Program-made: the position numbers and the translations under genes
Shown: in pieces, positions 10,067 to 20,062 of the stretch
Layout of the letters: the number at the start of each line of letters is the position of its first letter
Position numbering within the stretch: position 1 is the first letter of the stretch
Notes under the pieces: model-generated
Told to the model about the DNA's origin: nothing
Databases searched by the model: none
What the model saw: the letters and a program-made list of their open reading frames with translations, nothing else
From: Gemmatales bacterium
Lineage (GTDB): Bacteria > Planctomycetota > Planctomycetia > Gemmatales > HRBIN36
Length of the DNA: 64,000 bases
Reading direction: 5' to 3'
Assembly: GCA_025060195.1 (NCBI GenBank)
Contig: JANXCQ010000017.1
Span: forward strand, 18,479 to 82,478

Positions 10067-10498
10067 TCACTCCACTTCTGGTCGCTCATCCAAGTTTAGC
10101 TCAGAACTTTCTAAACTTTGCGTGGCGTAGTGCTCTTCGATCAACCGCGCCAGGCCCACCCCTGAATGTTGGGCCAGATGTTGCCCCAGGTAAAAGTCGA
10201 AAAGTCCGCCATAAACGTCTGCCTGGTCTTCACCAAACAGCCCTTCGCCTAACTCGTGCAAGGTCGTACGTAGCTGCTTGATGAGCATACTCAAAAAAAT
10301 GGCCTCAAAGCTCCGCGCGGCTTCTTTCAGCGATTCGCTCGAAACGCTCGGCCTACTCGCCGAAGTCGGCGTACACCGCATCTGCTGAGCTAAGCGTTCC
10401 GCCTGCGCGCCCAGCACATCCACAATCACGCGCGGCGGCCCAAGCCAATCCATCGCATTCTCCCAAGTCCTAATGGCTGTCCCCAAATCCGAGCTCAC
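10067..10498 (-). CDS. flgJ: FlgJ-like rod-binding protein (no muramidase domain)
   Basis: LKEAARSFEAIFLSMLIKQLR ... GVGLARLI rod-binding motif; overlaps the flgI stop. Confidence 0.8.
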   Translation of the reverse strand: MSSDLGTAIRTWENAMDWLGPPRVIVDVLGAQAERLAQQMRCTPTSASRPSVSSESLKEAARSFEAIFLSMLIKQLRTTLHELGEGLFGEDQADVYGGLFDFYLGQHLAQHSGVGLARLIEEHYATQSLESSELNLDERPEVE

Positions 10499-11649
10499 TC
10501 AATAATCAACTCCGCGTGCAATGCACCAGCGGCCTTTAACGCTTGGAAAATGGCAATCAAATCCCGCGGCGTAACGCCCAGGGCGTTCAACGCCCGCGCC
10601 AACTCGGCTACGGTTACCGATTGCTCCACCACTGCTAACCCACCTCCTTGTTCGGTGACATTCAACTGAGTCCGTGGCACGACTACCGTCTGCCCACGAC
10701 TGAACGGTAACGGTTGGGAAACTTCTGGATTCTCTGCAGCCACAATGGTCAAGTTCCCATGCGCCACTGCCACGGTCGAAATCTTTACATGCTGTCCTGC
10801 GACCACCGTTCCTGTCCGCTCATTGATGACCACCACGGCCACAGCATCGGGGGACACCTCCAACAAGCCAATTTCTCCAGCGAAACCCACGACGTTGCCC
10901 CGTTTCTCCCGCGGGATGAGCACCTCGACAGTTCCAGCATCCAACGTAACGGCCGACTCAGGATATTTCTGGTTAATTGCCCGGGCGATGGCCTGCGCGG
11001 TGGCAAAATCGGGCTTTTTGAGCAACAAGCGCAGCCGTCCGTTACAGACAATCTCCCCTCGCGCCTCGGCCTCGACAATGGCTCCGCCGGGTATCCGTCC
11101 CACGGTTGGGAAATTCTGTTGTGTGGCAGCCGCTCGACCGCCAAACACAAATCCTCCCACCGACACCGGCCCCTGCGCTACCGCATAAACTTCTCCGTCC
11201 ACACCTCGCAACGGCGTCAACAGTAATACTCCCCCCTGCAAACTGCGGGCATCGTCCAATGCCGAGACGGTAACATCTATTCGGCTTCCCTTGCGTGCAA
11301 ACGGCCCCAGCTCCGCGGTCACCATTACCGCTGATATGTTCCCTGAACGAAACACCGGATCGATCTGAGACTCCCGCACCGCCTTAGCATTGACCGCCAT
11401 CCGTTGCAACATATCCGCGGCCACTTGCTGCGTAAACTGGCTTCGTCCCCCCGTATTACCCAAGCCGACTACTAAACCGAAACCATAAAGCTGATTCGGT
11501 CTCGCCCCCTCAAAGTCGGTAATATCCTTGATTCGCACCGTCTGCCCTCTGGCAGGCGCAACTAATACTAACAAACTCATCCACGCTACTACTTTTAGGC
11601 CTAACCCGCGCATTCTAAGCAATGGCAATCCTTGCCACATATCCAACAT
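10495..11649 (-). CDS. flgI: Flagellar P-ring protein
   Basis: RIKDI, NQLYGFGLVVGL, SLQGGVLL, VVINERTGTVVAG, ALKAAGALHAEL; start codon uncertain (ORF extends to 11712). Confidence 0.95.
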   Translation of the reverse strand: MLDMWQGLPLLRMRGLGLKVVAWMSLLVLVAPARGQTVRIKDITDFEGARPNQLYGFGLVVGLGNTGGRSQFTQQVAADMLQRMAVNAKAVRESQIDPVFRSGNISAVMVTAELGPFARKGSRIDVTVSALDDARSLQGGVLLLTPLRGVDGEVYAVAQGPVSVGGFVFGGRAAATQQNFPTVGRIPGGAIVEAEARGEIVCNGRLRLLLKKPDFATAQAIARAINQKYPESAVTLDAGTVEVLIPREKRGNVVGFAGEIGLLEVSPDAVAVVVINERTGTVVAGQHVKISTVAVAHGNLTIVAAENPEVSQPLPFSRGQTVVVPRTQLNVTEQGGGLAVVEQSVTVAELARALNALGVTPRDLIAIFQALKAAGALHAELIIE

Positions 11650-11672
11650 CCCTACCGCTCCGTATGCCTGAT

Positions 11673-12320
11673 CTAAAACGGCCACAATACATTCATAATG
11701 CGACCCCACCAATTTGGATCATTATAGCTAGATTCATAGCCGCGTCCTAAATATTCGATGGTTAGATTAGCAATAAATTGCGACTGCACCGTATTATTGC
11801 TAGCTATGTCAATAGGCCGAACAATTCCTCGCAACCGTAAAATACGCTGTTCCCCACTAATTAAACGACTCCGAAAACCCTCGATGACTAAGTTCCCATT
11901 AGGCAACACAGCCACCACTTCTACCGTCACGCGATCTACCATACGCCGATCCGCACGGTAATCAGCGCGACCCTGAAACTCTCGCTGAGCGTCGTTCGCT
12001 ATGGTAAGATCCGCCGCAGCCTGCCTGGTCGAGACATTCCCCTGCGTTTTACCCCGAAACTGGAATATCTCAGAGCTCCGCGTCTGCTTTTCCATATTCC
12101 GATTATCTCGGTGCTCTATATCGGTGGCTTCATTAATGATTACTGTCAACACATCCCCTACACGTCGCGCCCGTTGATCTACGAACAGGAACGCGCTCTG
12201 CGGATGCCTCCGGTCCCACAGCGACTCCCCAAGCGCTTCACTTAGGATCAGCACAGACCAACTTCCTAACACTGCCAGCCATCGGAAATGCCTCTCCAGC
12301 CTATCCATAGATGACACCAC
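11673..12320 (-). CDS. flgH: Flagellar L-ring protein
   Basis: RARRVGDVLTVII, VLPNGNLVIEG, GIVRPIDI, C-terminal WPF. Confidence 0.92.
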   Translation of the reverse strand: MVSSMDRLERHFRWLAVLGSWSVLILSEALGESLWDRRHPQSAFLFVDQRARRVGDVLTVIINEATDIEHRDNRNMEKQTRSSEIFQFRGKTQGNVSTRQAAADLTIANDAQREFQGRADYRADRRMVDRVTVEVVAVLPNGNLVIEGFRSRLISGEQRILRLRGIVRPIDIASNNTVQSQFIANLTIEYLGRGYESSYNDPNWWGRIMNVLWPF

Positions 12321-12357
12321 TATCAGCCTCTCGATTTTACCTAGATGACATCATTAT

Positions 12358-13170
12358 CTAGTAATCTACCTGACAGACCGCGGGACGCGTAACCCGTGCA
12401 TGTACGGTTTGCTTCGAGTCTAAATTCCGCACGGGGATGATTTGCCCTAATTTACCATCGGCCAATGCCTCCCCACGCGTACTAACTTCCAGAGGCCCCA
12501 CCCGAGCCACGAGCCGCACAAAATCGCCTTTTCTGACTATAACGGCTTCACCCTGAGCTACATCCGAAGGGCGTGCCGAGAGTGTGCCTTGTCCATCTAC
12601 GCCCTCTCTACGGTTCGCCTGACCTTGAGGATGCCCACTCCTGACTAATCTCGGCTCGGTTGCTGGCTTAGCCGAGGAGCCTAGTGATCTGGGTTCTTGG
12701 CCGCTGTAACTTACACGCTGCAAGTCCGACTGTAAGTTCGCCTTTCTAATTATCTTCACCTCATCCGCGCCAACTATTTGCACGGCATTTATGTCTATAC
12801 CTGCTAACTGAATGCGATAAATTACTCTTCGTTTGGTTATAATTAGCGTTTCCAGTGCGTTGTTAGCTTCCTCCAATTCCAATCTTGATAATCCTTGGCG
12901 CAGTCCGATTGGGCCTCCTACGATCTCCGCTATATCGCCTAAGGTAATGCGATGGCCAGGATGAACCACCTCGCAACGCAATCTGATTTCCACACAATCA
13001 TCCTCAGCTGATAAAAGACTTAGGTTGATAAGCGAGCTGGCCATAAATATGCCTGCCACCATCGCCACGAGCGAAAAAGGCTGGTGCCTGGTGGTTGCGG
13101 AACGACCATCTAACGTTGCCCGAGGTTTCCAGTTATAGGATTCAAATGGACGACTTGCGCTCAGCTTCAT
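12358..13170 (-). CDS. flgA: Flagellar P-ring chaperone
   Basis: C-terminal VRKGDFV...GEALADGKLGQIIPVRNLDSK motif; lies between flgG and flgH; true start probably downstream of 13170. Confidence 0.8.
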   Translation of the reverse strand: MKLSASRPFESYNWKPRATLDGRSATTRHQPFSLVAMVAGIFMASSLINLSLLSAEDDCVEIRLRCEVVHPGHRITLGDIAEIVGGPIGLRQGLSRLELEEANNALETLIITKRRVIYRIQLAGIDINAVQIVGADEVKIIRKANLQSDLQRVSYSGQEPRSLGSSAKPATEPRLVRSGHPQGQANRREGVDGQGTLSARPSDVAQGEAVIVRKGDFVRLVARVGPLEVSTRGEALADGKLGQIIPVRNLDSKQTVHARVTRPAVCQVDY

Positions 13171-13272
13171 AACACTGCACCGAGAGTCGAAAATAATCCA
13201 TGTGCGAGTTATTCATCCGAGTGCGATCCGTGATTGCGTTTAAGCCGATCAGGGAATTAAGCACCAAGATAA

Positions 13273-14064
13273 TTATCGCACGAGTTCATTAGAGGTAGCG
13301 AGCATATCATCAGCCACGCGAATTGCTTTCGTGTTGAATTCATAAGCTCGTTGAGCGAGGATTAAGTTAATGAGCTCCTGAACCACATCCACGTTGGATC
13401 GCTCAAGGAATCCTTGTCGAATAGTCCCTAAACCATCTTGACCAGGCGTTCCCTCAATCGGGGCCCCTGAGGCTGCGGTATCGGAAAAGAGGTTCCGTCC
13501 TTCACTACTCAACCCCGCTGGATTCGGAAACCGCACCAAGATCAGGTTGCCCACCACGTTGGTGGTATTCGGAGCATCGGCGGTGATCACGGAAACAGTC
13601 CCGTCGGTCGCGATGGAGATGGATAACGTATTGTTGGGGACAGTGATTGGTGGGTCTAATAAAAACCCGTCGGAAGTCACGATCTGACCATTGGCATTAA
13701 TGCGAAACGAGCCATCGCGAGTATAGCGAAACGTTCCATTTGGTAATTGAACGCGGAAGAAGCCATCCCCTTCAATGGCTAAATCAAGGGGGTTATTAGT
13801 ATTCTCCAATACGCCTTCGTTAAATACCTTAGTCGTTCCTGCAATTCGCACACCGCTGCCGATCTGCAAACCGTTCTGCTCTTGCTGCCCTGCTGCGGTC
13901 TCGGCACCGATAGGCCGCTGTGTCAGATATATCAAATCTTGAAATGACACTAGGCTGCGCTTGAATCCTGTAGTATTCACATTCGCCAAATTGTTCGCGG
14001 TATTATCCACGACGAGTTGCTGAGCGGCCATGCCCGTAGCACTGGTAAATAGCGAGCGGATCAT
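13273..14064 (-). CDS. flgG: Flagellar distal rod protein
   Basis: ANNLANVNTTGFK, DLAIEGDGFF, YTRDGSF, LERSNVDVVQEL; 263 aa. Confidence 0.96.
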   Translation of the reverse strand: MIRSLFTSATGMAAQQLVVDNTANNLANVNTTGFKRSLVSFQDLIYLTQRPIGAETAAGQQEQNGLQIGSGVRIAGTTKVFNEGVLENTNNPLDLAIEGDGFFRVQLPNGTFRYTRDGSFRINANGQIVTSDGFLLDPPITVPNNTLSISIATDGTVSVITADAPNTTNVVGNLILVRFPNPAGLSSEGRNLFSDTAASGAPIEGTPGQDGLGTIRQGFLERSNVDVVQELINLILAQRAYEFNTKAIRVADDMLATSNELVR

Positions 14065-14085
14065 GGCTCACCCTCCCGATGCTCC

Positions 14086-14811
14086 TTAGCCGCTGGGCCT
14101 CGTATACCAGTGCAAACTTTCCGCGAGTGTCCGCAAAGCGCGCTGGGCTGCCTCGAAATGACGGAAGCCAGCGATCAGCTGAACCAGTTGGGCCACGATA
14201 TTCACATTGGAACTTTCCCGGAACCCTTGCAGGACTGAGCTTTCCCGAGCTTCCTGAATGGCGGACTCGGGAATACGAAATAGAGTGGCTCCCACAGGCT
14301 CTACCCAACGCGCATCACTCACTTCGACCAAACGCATCTGACCTACAGGTTGACCGTTAGCAAATACAGTTCCATCCTGAAGCACTGTTACAGAAGCAAC
14401 ATTTTCGGGAATGGTGATGCGTCCCCCTATACCAAGAATCGGATAACCTCCAGGGATAACTAATTCCCGGGCCGCATTAAGAGATAGTGTCCCGACGCGG
14501 GTATATAGCATGCCGTTTGGCCCTTCCACGACGAAAAAGCCCGGGCCGCGAATAGCTAAATCTAGTGGCGCGCCTGTATATTCCAATGGTCCGGGGGTTA
14601 GATCTATACTTGCAGGTGCTGACTTTACCCCTAAACGCTCCGCCACTTGACTAGATGCCAATAGTTGAAATACCGCCTCAAAAGTGGCCGCCGTGCTAAT
14701 ACGTTGACGGTAGCCCGGAACGTTTGCGTGGGCGAGATTAAAAGCCACCAGCTCATGATGCTGGTGGGCCCGTTCCAAAGCAGTCGCAGCGCTATAAAAT
14801 CCACTCAGCAT
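14086..14811 (-). CDS. flgF: Flagellar proximal rod protein
   Basis: NLAHANVPGY, TGAPLDLAIRGPGFF, ESSNVN; upstream of flgG. Confidence 0.85.
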   Translation of the reverse strand: MLSGFYSAATALERAHQHHELVAFNLAHANVPGYRQRISTAATFEAVFQLLASSQVAERLGVKSAPASIDLTPGPLEYTGAPLDLAIRGPGFFVVEGPNGMLYTRVGTLSLNAARELVIPGGYPILGIGGRITIPENVASVTVLQDGTVFANGQPVGQMRLVEVSDARWVEPVGATLFRIPESAIQEARESSVLQGFRESSNVNIVAQLVQLIAGFRHFEAAQRALRTLAESLHWYTRPSG

Positions 14812-15309
14812 TGTCTCGAGCGACCTTCAGCCTCAGATGAGTAACCGTAGTTCCTCCGAGTTTTTGCTCTTCCCGGTTACTTTTGGGTAGCGATCCAGGC
14901 TTTGATTTCGTAATGCGGTAGGATGTCACGACTTTACTAAATATAGCATGCAGAAGACCTGGCCGCGAGGAAGATCTTGGTAATTCTGCTAAAGAATCGG
15001 GTCTTAGCAATTTTTCCAGCGATGGTAATAATCAGCCCAGGACATAATCCTTAGGCATTTATCGGACGTGCGGCGCAACAAATTGATCGCGAGTGCTTAG
15101 TTTATTAGCCGACACCGTGGCTCGATACATCTGACCTTTTTTCTTCGACTAGAACATATAGGTAGGCTCCTCTGGCAATAAGGGTCGCGCGAACGTTCGA
15201 TGTAGTGACGATAACAGGCCTAACGAGCGGCCTATGCCAGACTGCTCAGATGTCATGGCGCAAACATCTTAATAAGCAGAGTTGGAGCAGCAATGAATGC
15301 TGTGATAAC

Positions 15310-16764
15310 TTAGACAGCAATGTCGGCTCGTTGGCATAGATAAGCTCGGTAACGTTCTCGGATGGGAGCAACAATATCGCGAAGAAATTCATCGACTTGT
15401 TGTGGGGCACGTCCGACAAAAGCCCGAGGATCCGATAGAGCATCTAAATCCAGTTCCTCAAAGATAGGTTCTCGAGCTAAACGGCTAAGTAAGTCGTTAG
15501 TCCCTCCGCGTTTGACTTGCTCGGCCACGGCTAAGCTATGACGGCGGATAATCTCGTGAGCGGTTTGACGGTCAGCTCCACGGCGCACGGCTTCCATGAG
15601 AATGGTTTCCGTGGCCATGAAAGGTAATTCCCGCTGTACATGCTGCGCAATCATCTCAGGATTCACTTGCAAGCCGGATACGATATTGAGATATAAACGT
15701 AAGATAGCGTCTGCAGTGAGAAAAGCTTGGGGCAGAACCAATCGCCGGTTCGCACTATCATCCAGAGTGCGCTCCAGCCACTGGGTCGCCGCGGTATATT
15801 CGGCGTTGTGACTAAGTTCGATAAGAAAGCGAGCTAGGCTGCACAGGCGTTCCGCGCGCATCGGGTTGCGTTTATAAGCCATGGCCGAGGAGCCGACTTG
15901 TTCTGCCTCGAAGGGTTCTTCGACTTCGTGTTCATGTTGGAGCAGGCGCAGGTCGGTGCCAAATTTATGGGCGGATTGGGCAATACCACTAAGGGTGTGC
16001 AGAATTTGCACATCTACTTTCCGACTATATGTCTGTCCGGTTACAGGATAAACTTGCGAAAACCCCATTTTTTGTGCTACTAACAAGTCGAGTTTCCGCA
16101 CTTTCTCATGGTCGCCGTGGAATAAAGCAAGGAAACTGGCTTGAGTGCCGGTGGTCCCTTTAGCACCACGGAAAGCCAAGCTAGTTAGGCGATGTTCTAA
16201 GTCCTGTAAGTCAAGCACTAAGTCATAACACCATAAAGTGGCTCGCTTTCCGACGGTGGTGAGTTGAGCGGGTTGAAAATGCGTGTAACCGAGAGCAGGA
16301 AGGTCGCGGTAACGGTAGGCGAAATCCGCTAAAGCGTCTATGGTTCCGACCACCTTTTTTATGAGTAGTTGAAGTCCATCGCGCATGAGAATGAGGTCGG
16401 TATTATCCGTGACGTAACAACTTGTCGCTCCCAGATGAATAATGTCCCGGGCTTCTGGGCAGACATCCCCGAGTGCATGGATGTGAGCGACCACGTCGTG
16501 TCGAAAACGGCGTTCATAAGCCGCCACTTTCTCCCAGTCGATATCGTCGAGGTGAGCGCGGAGTGCTTCGAGTTGACGGGGCGCAATGCGGGGAGTGATA
16601 CCGTCCTCCGCGGTAAGGCCTAGTTCATATTGGGCTTCGGCTAAGGCCAGCCATAAACGACGCCACAAACCATACCGTCGTTGTGGACTCCATAATTCAA
16701 TCATCTCAGGCGAAGCATAACGTTCGATAAGCGGATTGTCATACGCTTGTTGTTTCGTGCTCAC
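15310..16764 (-). CDS. purB: Adenylosuccinate lyase
   Basis: Signature [28 protein letters not shown]; GTG start at 16764 with AAGGAG RBS. Confidence 0.96.
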   Translation of the reverse strand: MSTKQQAYDNPLIERYASPEMIELWSPQRRYGLWRRLWLALAEAQYELGLTAEDGITPRIAPRQLEALRAHLDDIDWEKVAAYERRFRHDVVAHIHALGDVCPEARDIIHLGATSCYVTDNTDLILMRDGLQLLIKKVVGTIDALADFAYRYRDLPALGYTHFQPAQLTTVGKRATLWCYDLVLDLQDLEHRLTSLAFRGAKGTTGTQASFLALFHGDHEKVRKLDLLVAQKMGFSQVYPVTGQTYSRKVDVQILHTLSGIAQSAHKFGTDLRLLQHEHEVEEPFEAEQVGSSAMAYKRNPMRAERLCSLARFLIELSHNAEYTAATQWLERTLDDSANRRLVLPQAFLTADAILRLYLNIVSGLQVNPEMIAQHVQRELPFMATETILMEAVRRGADRQTAHEIIRRHSLAVAEQVKRGGTNDLLSRLAREPIFEELDLDALSDPRAFVGRAPQQVDEFLRDIVAPIRERYRAYLCQRADIAV

Positions 16765-16957
16765 GTTCGGCTCCTTAGCTAAATCCCCCGGACTTCGCCG
16801 ATAGATTTGTAATAATAGGGGAACTGGTCGCAATAATCGCTGCTTTTAGATGAATTTAGGGGACTTTCATGTTAGATATTATGTCAGTTGCTTAGTTTCT
16901 CAGCGAGCTTGTAAGATAATTCTATAAGAGATTGCTTTGGTGAAAGGAGAGGCATTG

Positions 16958-17257
16958 ATGACCGGAAAGCGATGGGCTTGGGCGTGGCTGGGACTATTTT
17001 TCCTGAGCGTCGGCATGGCTTACGGACAGTATCCGATTCCAAGCGCGAATCCGACCACTTACTACTATTACCCCTACTATTATTTTCCCCATAATTACTG
17101 GCCTAACCACCAGCCTTGGCCTAATCCGAATCAATCCTTCCAATTACCACCTCCCTATATGGCTTACCCGCCGTATTTAGATCGCAGATTTCGCTATGAG
17201 TTGTTTTCGCCGAAGCCGTATTATAAAGGATTTCACTTCTGGTTGGACCAATTTTAG
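16958..17257 (+). CDS. Small secreted Tyr/Pro-rich protein
   Basis: AGGAG RBS, signal peptide (AYG|Q), YYYYPYYYFPHNYW, C-terminal GFHFWLDQF. Confidence 0.75.
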   Translation: MTGKRWAWAWLGLFFLSVGMAYGQYPIPSANPTTYYYYPYYYFPHNYWPNHQPWPNPNQSFQLPPPYMAYPPYLDRRFRYELFSPKPYYKGFHFWLDQF

Positions 17258-17530
17258 ATTGCATGTTACTAGGCTCGTTCACCTGGCGGCGTGCTCCTTC
17301 ATAGTTGGCCTCGGAGATGGTGCTGTGGACGGAGGTGTGGGTTACAGCTGCGACGATCGTCCACTGGTTCGTTGCAAAACCTTGCGTTCGTTTTCGCGAG
17401 GACTGGGATTGCAGTCAGCATTGGGGCATTCTTAGCAGTTGGTGGGAAACGCAAGATGACTGCTTGCCTCGGGCGAAGAGGATCGTATAATGGCGGGACA
17501 ATTCTAGTGAGCCACATAAGGGGAGCTGTC

Positions 17531-17731
17531 ATGACCGCAAAAACTGGAGGAGAACCGCTAGACATAATTGAGGAGCTGCGCCTGCGTCGGTGGGCCCGCG
17601 AGAACTACGTGCCCCCTGAGAAAAGAAATCCGGCTTGGCATGAAGTGATCCATGACGAGATGGCCCGCCGAGATTTAGAATTGTTGGAAGCGAGTCCGCC
17701 CCATGTGATCCCAACGGGTACCCGTTGTTAG
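17531..17731 (+). CDS. Small hypothetical protein (66 aa)
   Basis: GGGAG RBS; natural-looking motif DIIEELRLRRWARENYVP...WHEVIHDEM; the upstream extension of the ORF looks spurious. Confidence 0.7.
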   Translation: MTAKTGGEPLDIIEELRLRRWARENYVPPEKRNPAWHEVIHDEMARRDLELLEASPPHVIPTGTRC

Positions 17732-17871
17732 TGCCGCGCCTAGTTGGGCGATGCCGAGTAAATCTGCGGCTAACTGAGCCGAGGTATTGCAAAAGGTTTA
17801 CGAAATCGCGTAAGTTCGACCGACTGTTTCGTTGGCGTTACTGAACGGCCCCGGGAGTCTAGGTGCAGTTC

Positions 17872-17908
17872 TTGACGCGGTGGTATTATGGGCTTAGAAT
17901 AAGTCTAA
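17872..17908 (+). promoter_or_regulatory. Sigma70-type promoter with overlapping palindrome upstream of the metal ABC genes
   Basis: TTGACG-17 nt-TAGAAT; inverted repeat TTAGA-ATAAG-TCTAA at 17894-17908 overlaps the -10 box. Confidence 0.6.
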
Positions 17909-17914
17909 CGAAGT

Positions 17915-18928
17915 ATGACGGGCATCGGAGTGAAGGTAAAGGAAATGAGAGGACAAGGCTTCGGTCGCGCTGTGGTCGTTATTTTGTCCTTAGCAGCGCT
18001 AGCGGGCCAGGGGGGTTGTTTGCGGCGTGTTGAAGGGGATGCCTGGGAAGGTACGAAGAAACTGCGCGTCTTAGCGACGATCGTGCCTTGGCACTGCCTG
18101 GCTGCCTTGGTTGGAGAGCCGGACGTGGAGGTGCGGTGTTTCTGTATCACCAATGGGCCGCATGAGTTTCAACCGACGGTGGAGGAAGCGCGGCTCCTAA
18201 ACGGGGCGGACTTGGTGATTGCTAATGGATTGGGCTTGGAAGGTTTTCTGATGCCGATGGTGCGGAGTAGCGGTCGGCGGGATTTGCGTGTCGTCCGAAT
18301 TGCGGAAGAGTTGGCGAAAAAGGGGGTGCCCTTGATTGAGGTGCCTGGTTACCAGCATCATGGACACTATCATGGACCTGGCAATGATCCGCACGTTTGG
18401 TTGGGTTGGGACGAAGCAGAGCGGGCGGCGGAGATGATCTGCGATGTGATGTCCGAAATGCGCCCCGACCACAAGGCGGACTTTGCGCTACGATTGGAGC
18501 AAGTGCGGCAACGGTTCGCGGAGTTGCGAAAATTGGCCGAGCCGTTACGTCAGACCGAGGGGGCGTTGGTAACCGCGCATGATGCGTTTCGCTATTTCGG
18601 TCGGAGTGTTTTTGGACCGGACTATGAGCAGCGCCTGTTGGCGGTGCGCGGTTTGCACGGTGAAGAACTTAGCCCTCGAGAGTTCAACAATTTGGTGAAG
18701 CTGTGTCAAGAGAGAAATGTGCGGGCGTTGGCTTATGAACCGGGCAGTTCGCCTGCGTTGTTGGAGAGATTGCAGGAAAGTCTGAAGAAGAAGCTGCCGT
18801 TGATAGAATTAGATCCTGTCGAGACAGCAGAGCCGTACGAGGGAAGGCGGTTTTATGTATCGGCGGATTGGTATTTTCGACGTATGGAGATAAATATGCA
18901 ACGGCTGCGTGAGGCTTTGTTACCATGA
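17915..18928 (+). CDS. Zn/Mn ABC transporter substrate-binding lipoprotein (ZnuA-like)
   Basis: PHEFQPT, NGLGLE, His-rich loop HHGHYHG, DPHVWL, HDAFRYF; Cys after the hydrophobic leader. Confidence 0.9.
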   Translation: MTGIGVKVKEMRGQGFGRAVVVILSLAALAGQGGCLRRVEGDAWEGTKKLRVLATIVPWHCLAALVGEPDVEVRCFCITNGPHEFQPTVEEARLLNGADLVIANGLGLEGFLMPMVRSSGRRDLRVVRIAEELAKKGVPLIEVPGYQHHGHYHGPGNDPHVWLGWDEAERAAEMICDVMSEMRPDHKADFALRLEQVRQRFAELRKLAEPLRQTEGALVTAHDAFRYFGRSVFGPDYEQRLLAVRGLHGEELSPREFNNLVKLCQERNVRALAYEPGSSPALLERLQESLKKKLPLIELDPVETAEPYEGRRFYVSADWYFRRMEINMQRLREALLP

Positions 18929-19689
18929 AGGTGGAGCAGTCGGAAGCGCTCGTCACCATTAGCGACCTAAACGTGACGCTGGGGGGCAAGCAGATCCTGC
19001 AGCATTTGCACACGTGGATACCGCGGGGTCGAATAACCGCCCTGATTGGTCTGAACGGTTCGGGCAAGACCACGTTGTTGCGGGCAATTTTGGGGGAAAT
19101 CCCGTATCAGGGCCGAATCCAGTTTCACTGTGGTCATGCCCACCGTCCTGGACATCCCGAACGAATCGGGTACGTGCCTCAACGGTTGCTCTTCGACACG
19201 AATCTGCCGTTGACCGTGTGCGAACTATTGGCGTTGGGCATGTCGTGGCGGCCTATCTTTTTGGGCGTCAGCAAGGGACTGCGACGCAAGATCGTGGACT
19301 TGCTCCGGCGCGTACAGGCGGACCATTTGGCAGACAGCCCCGTGGCAGGGCTTTCAGGCGGCGAGTTGCAACGGGTGTTATTGGCATTAGCGTTGGAACC
19401 TTTGCCGGAGTTGCTCTTACTCGACGAGCCTGCCGCGGGAATTGATTTTCGCTACCAGGGAGAGTTTTACGGTCTGATTACGCGACTGAACGAGGAGCAC
19501 GGCCTAACGATCCTGCTGGTGTCACACGACTTGAGTGTGGTGAGTAGTTCTGCTCATCACGTCCTGTGCTTGCGGAATGGTCAGATTTTGTGTGAGGGGC
19601 CGCCGCGCGAGATTCTCAGCGGGGAGCGAATCGCGGAGATTTTTGGGGAGGACAAGGCAGTGTACGCCCATTCCGCTCATGCGAGTTAG
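18925..19689 (+). CDS. Zn/Mn ABC transporter ATP-binding protein (ZnuC-like)
   Basis: GLNGSGKTT, IGYVPQ, LSGGELQR, LLLLDEP, VSHD; ATGA overlap with the binding-protein gene. Confidence 0.93.
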   Translation: MKVEQSEALVTISDLNVTLGGKQILQHLHTWIPRGRITALIGLNGSGKTTLLRAILGEIPYQGRIQFHCGHAHRPGHPERIGYVPQRLLFDTNLPLTVCELLALGMSWRPIFLGVSKGLRRKIVDLLRRVQADHLADSPVAGLSGGELQRVLLALALEPLPELLLLDEPAAGIDFRYQGEFYGLITRLNEEHGLTILLVSHDLSVVSSSAHHVLCLRNGQILCEGPPREILSGERIAEIFGEDKAVYAHSAHAS

Positions 19690-19907
19690 GCGGAAGGTGC
19701 ACGCTCAGCGGCGTGAAAACCCGCGGTGCGATGAGAACCGTCGCAGAAGGGTTTGGTTTTGGAGTGGCCGCAGCGGCAGAGCGCAAAGGCAGGTTTGCCC
19801 GCAGGAATCGGGAACGGTTTTCCTTCAGCGTCGAGCACTTGGACGGGGCCTTCCACGACATAGGGACCGTTATCGCGCACGCGAATGATGACGGGCGCAT
19901 CGCTCAT
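19686..19907 (-). CDS. CDGSH iron-sulfur domain protein
   Basis: CRCGHSKTKPFCDGSH motif; NGPY. Confidence 0.92.
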   Translation of the reverse strand: MSDAPVIIRVRDNGPYVVEGPVQVLDAEGKPFPIPAGKPAFALCRCGHSKTKPFCDGSHRTAGFHAAERAPSA

Positions 19908-20062
19908 AGCCGAGATCTCCGAAGTCGTGTGGTGGCGTTGAGCCTAGCTGGAGAGTCAGCTAGCCAGGCAGACGTTATTTAGGCATTCGTTACAAATATG
20001 ACCTCACCTGACTTCGTCGAGGTGCGAAAACAACTCGCTCACTGGCACGATGGGAAACAGCG

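Noticed and set aside
14812-15309. Sigma54/sigma28 promoter or small gene upstream of flgF
   Set aside because: No convincing GG-N10-GC or TAAA-N15-GCCGATA match was found by eye; the short ORFs lack an RBS or motifs.
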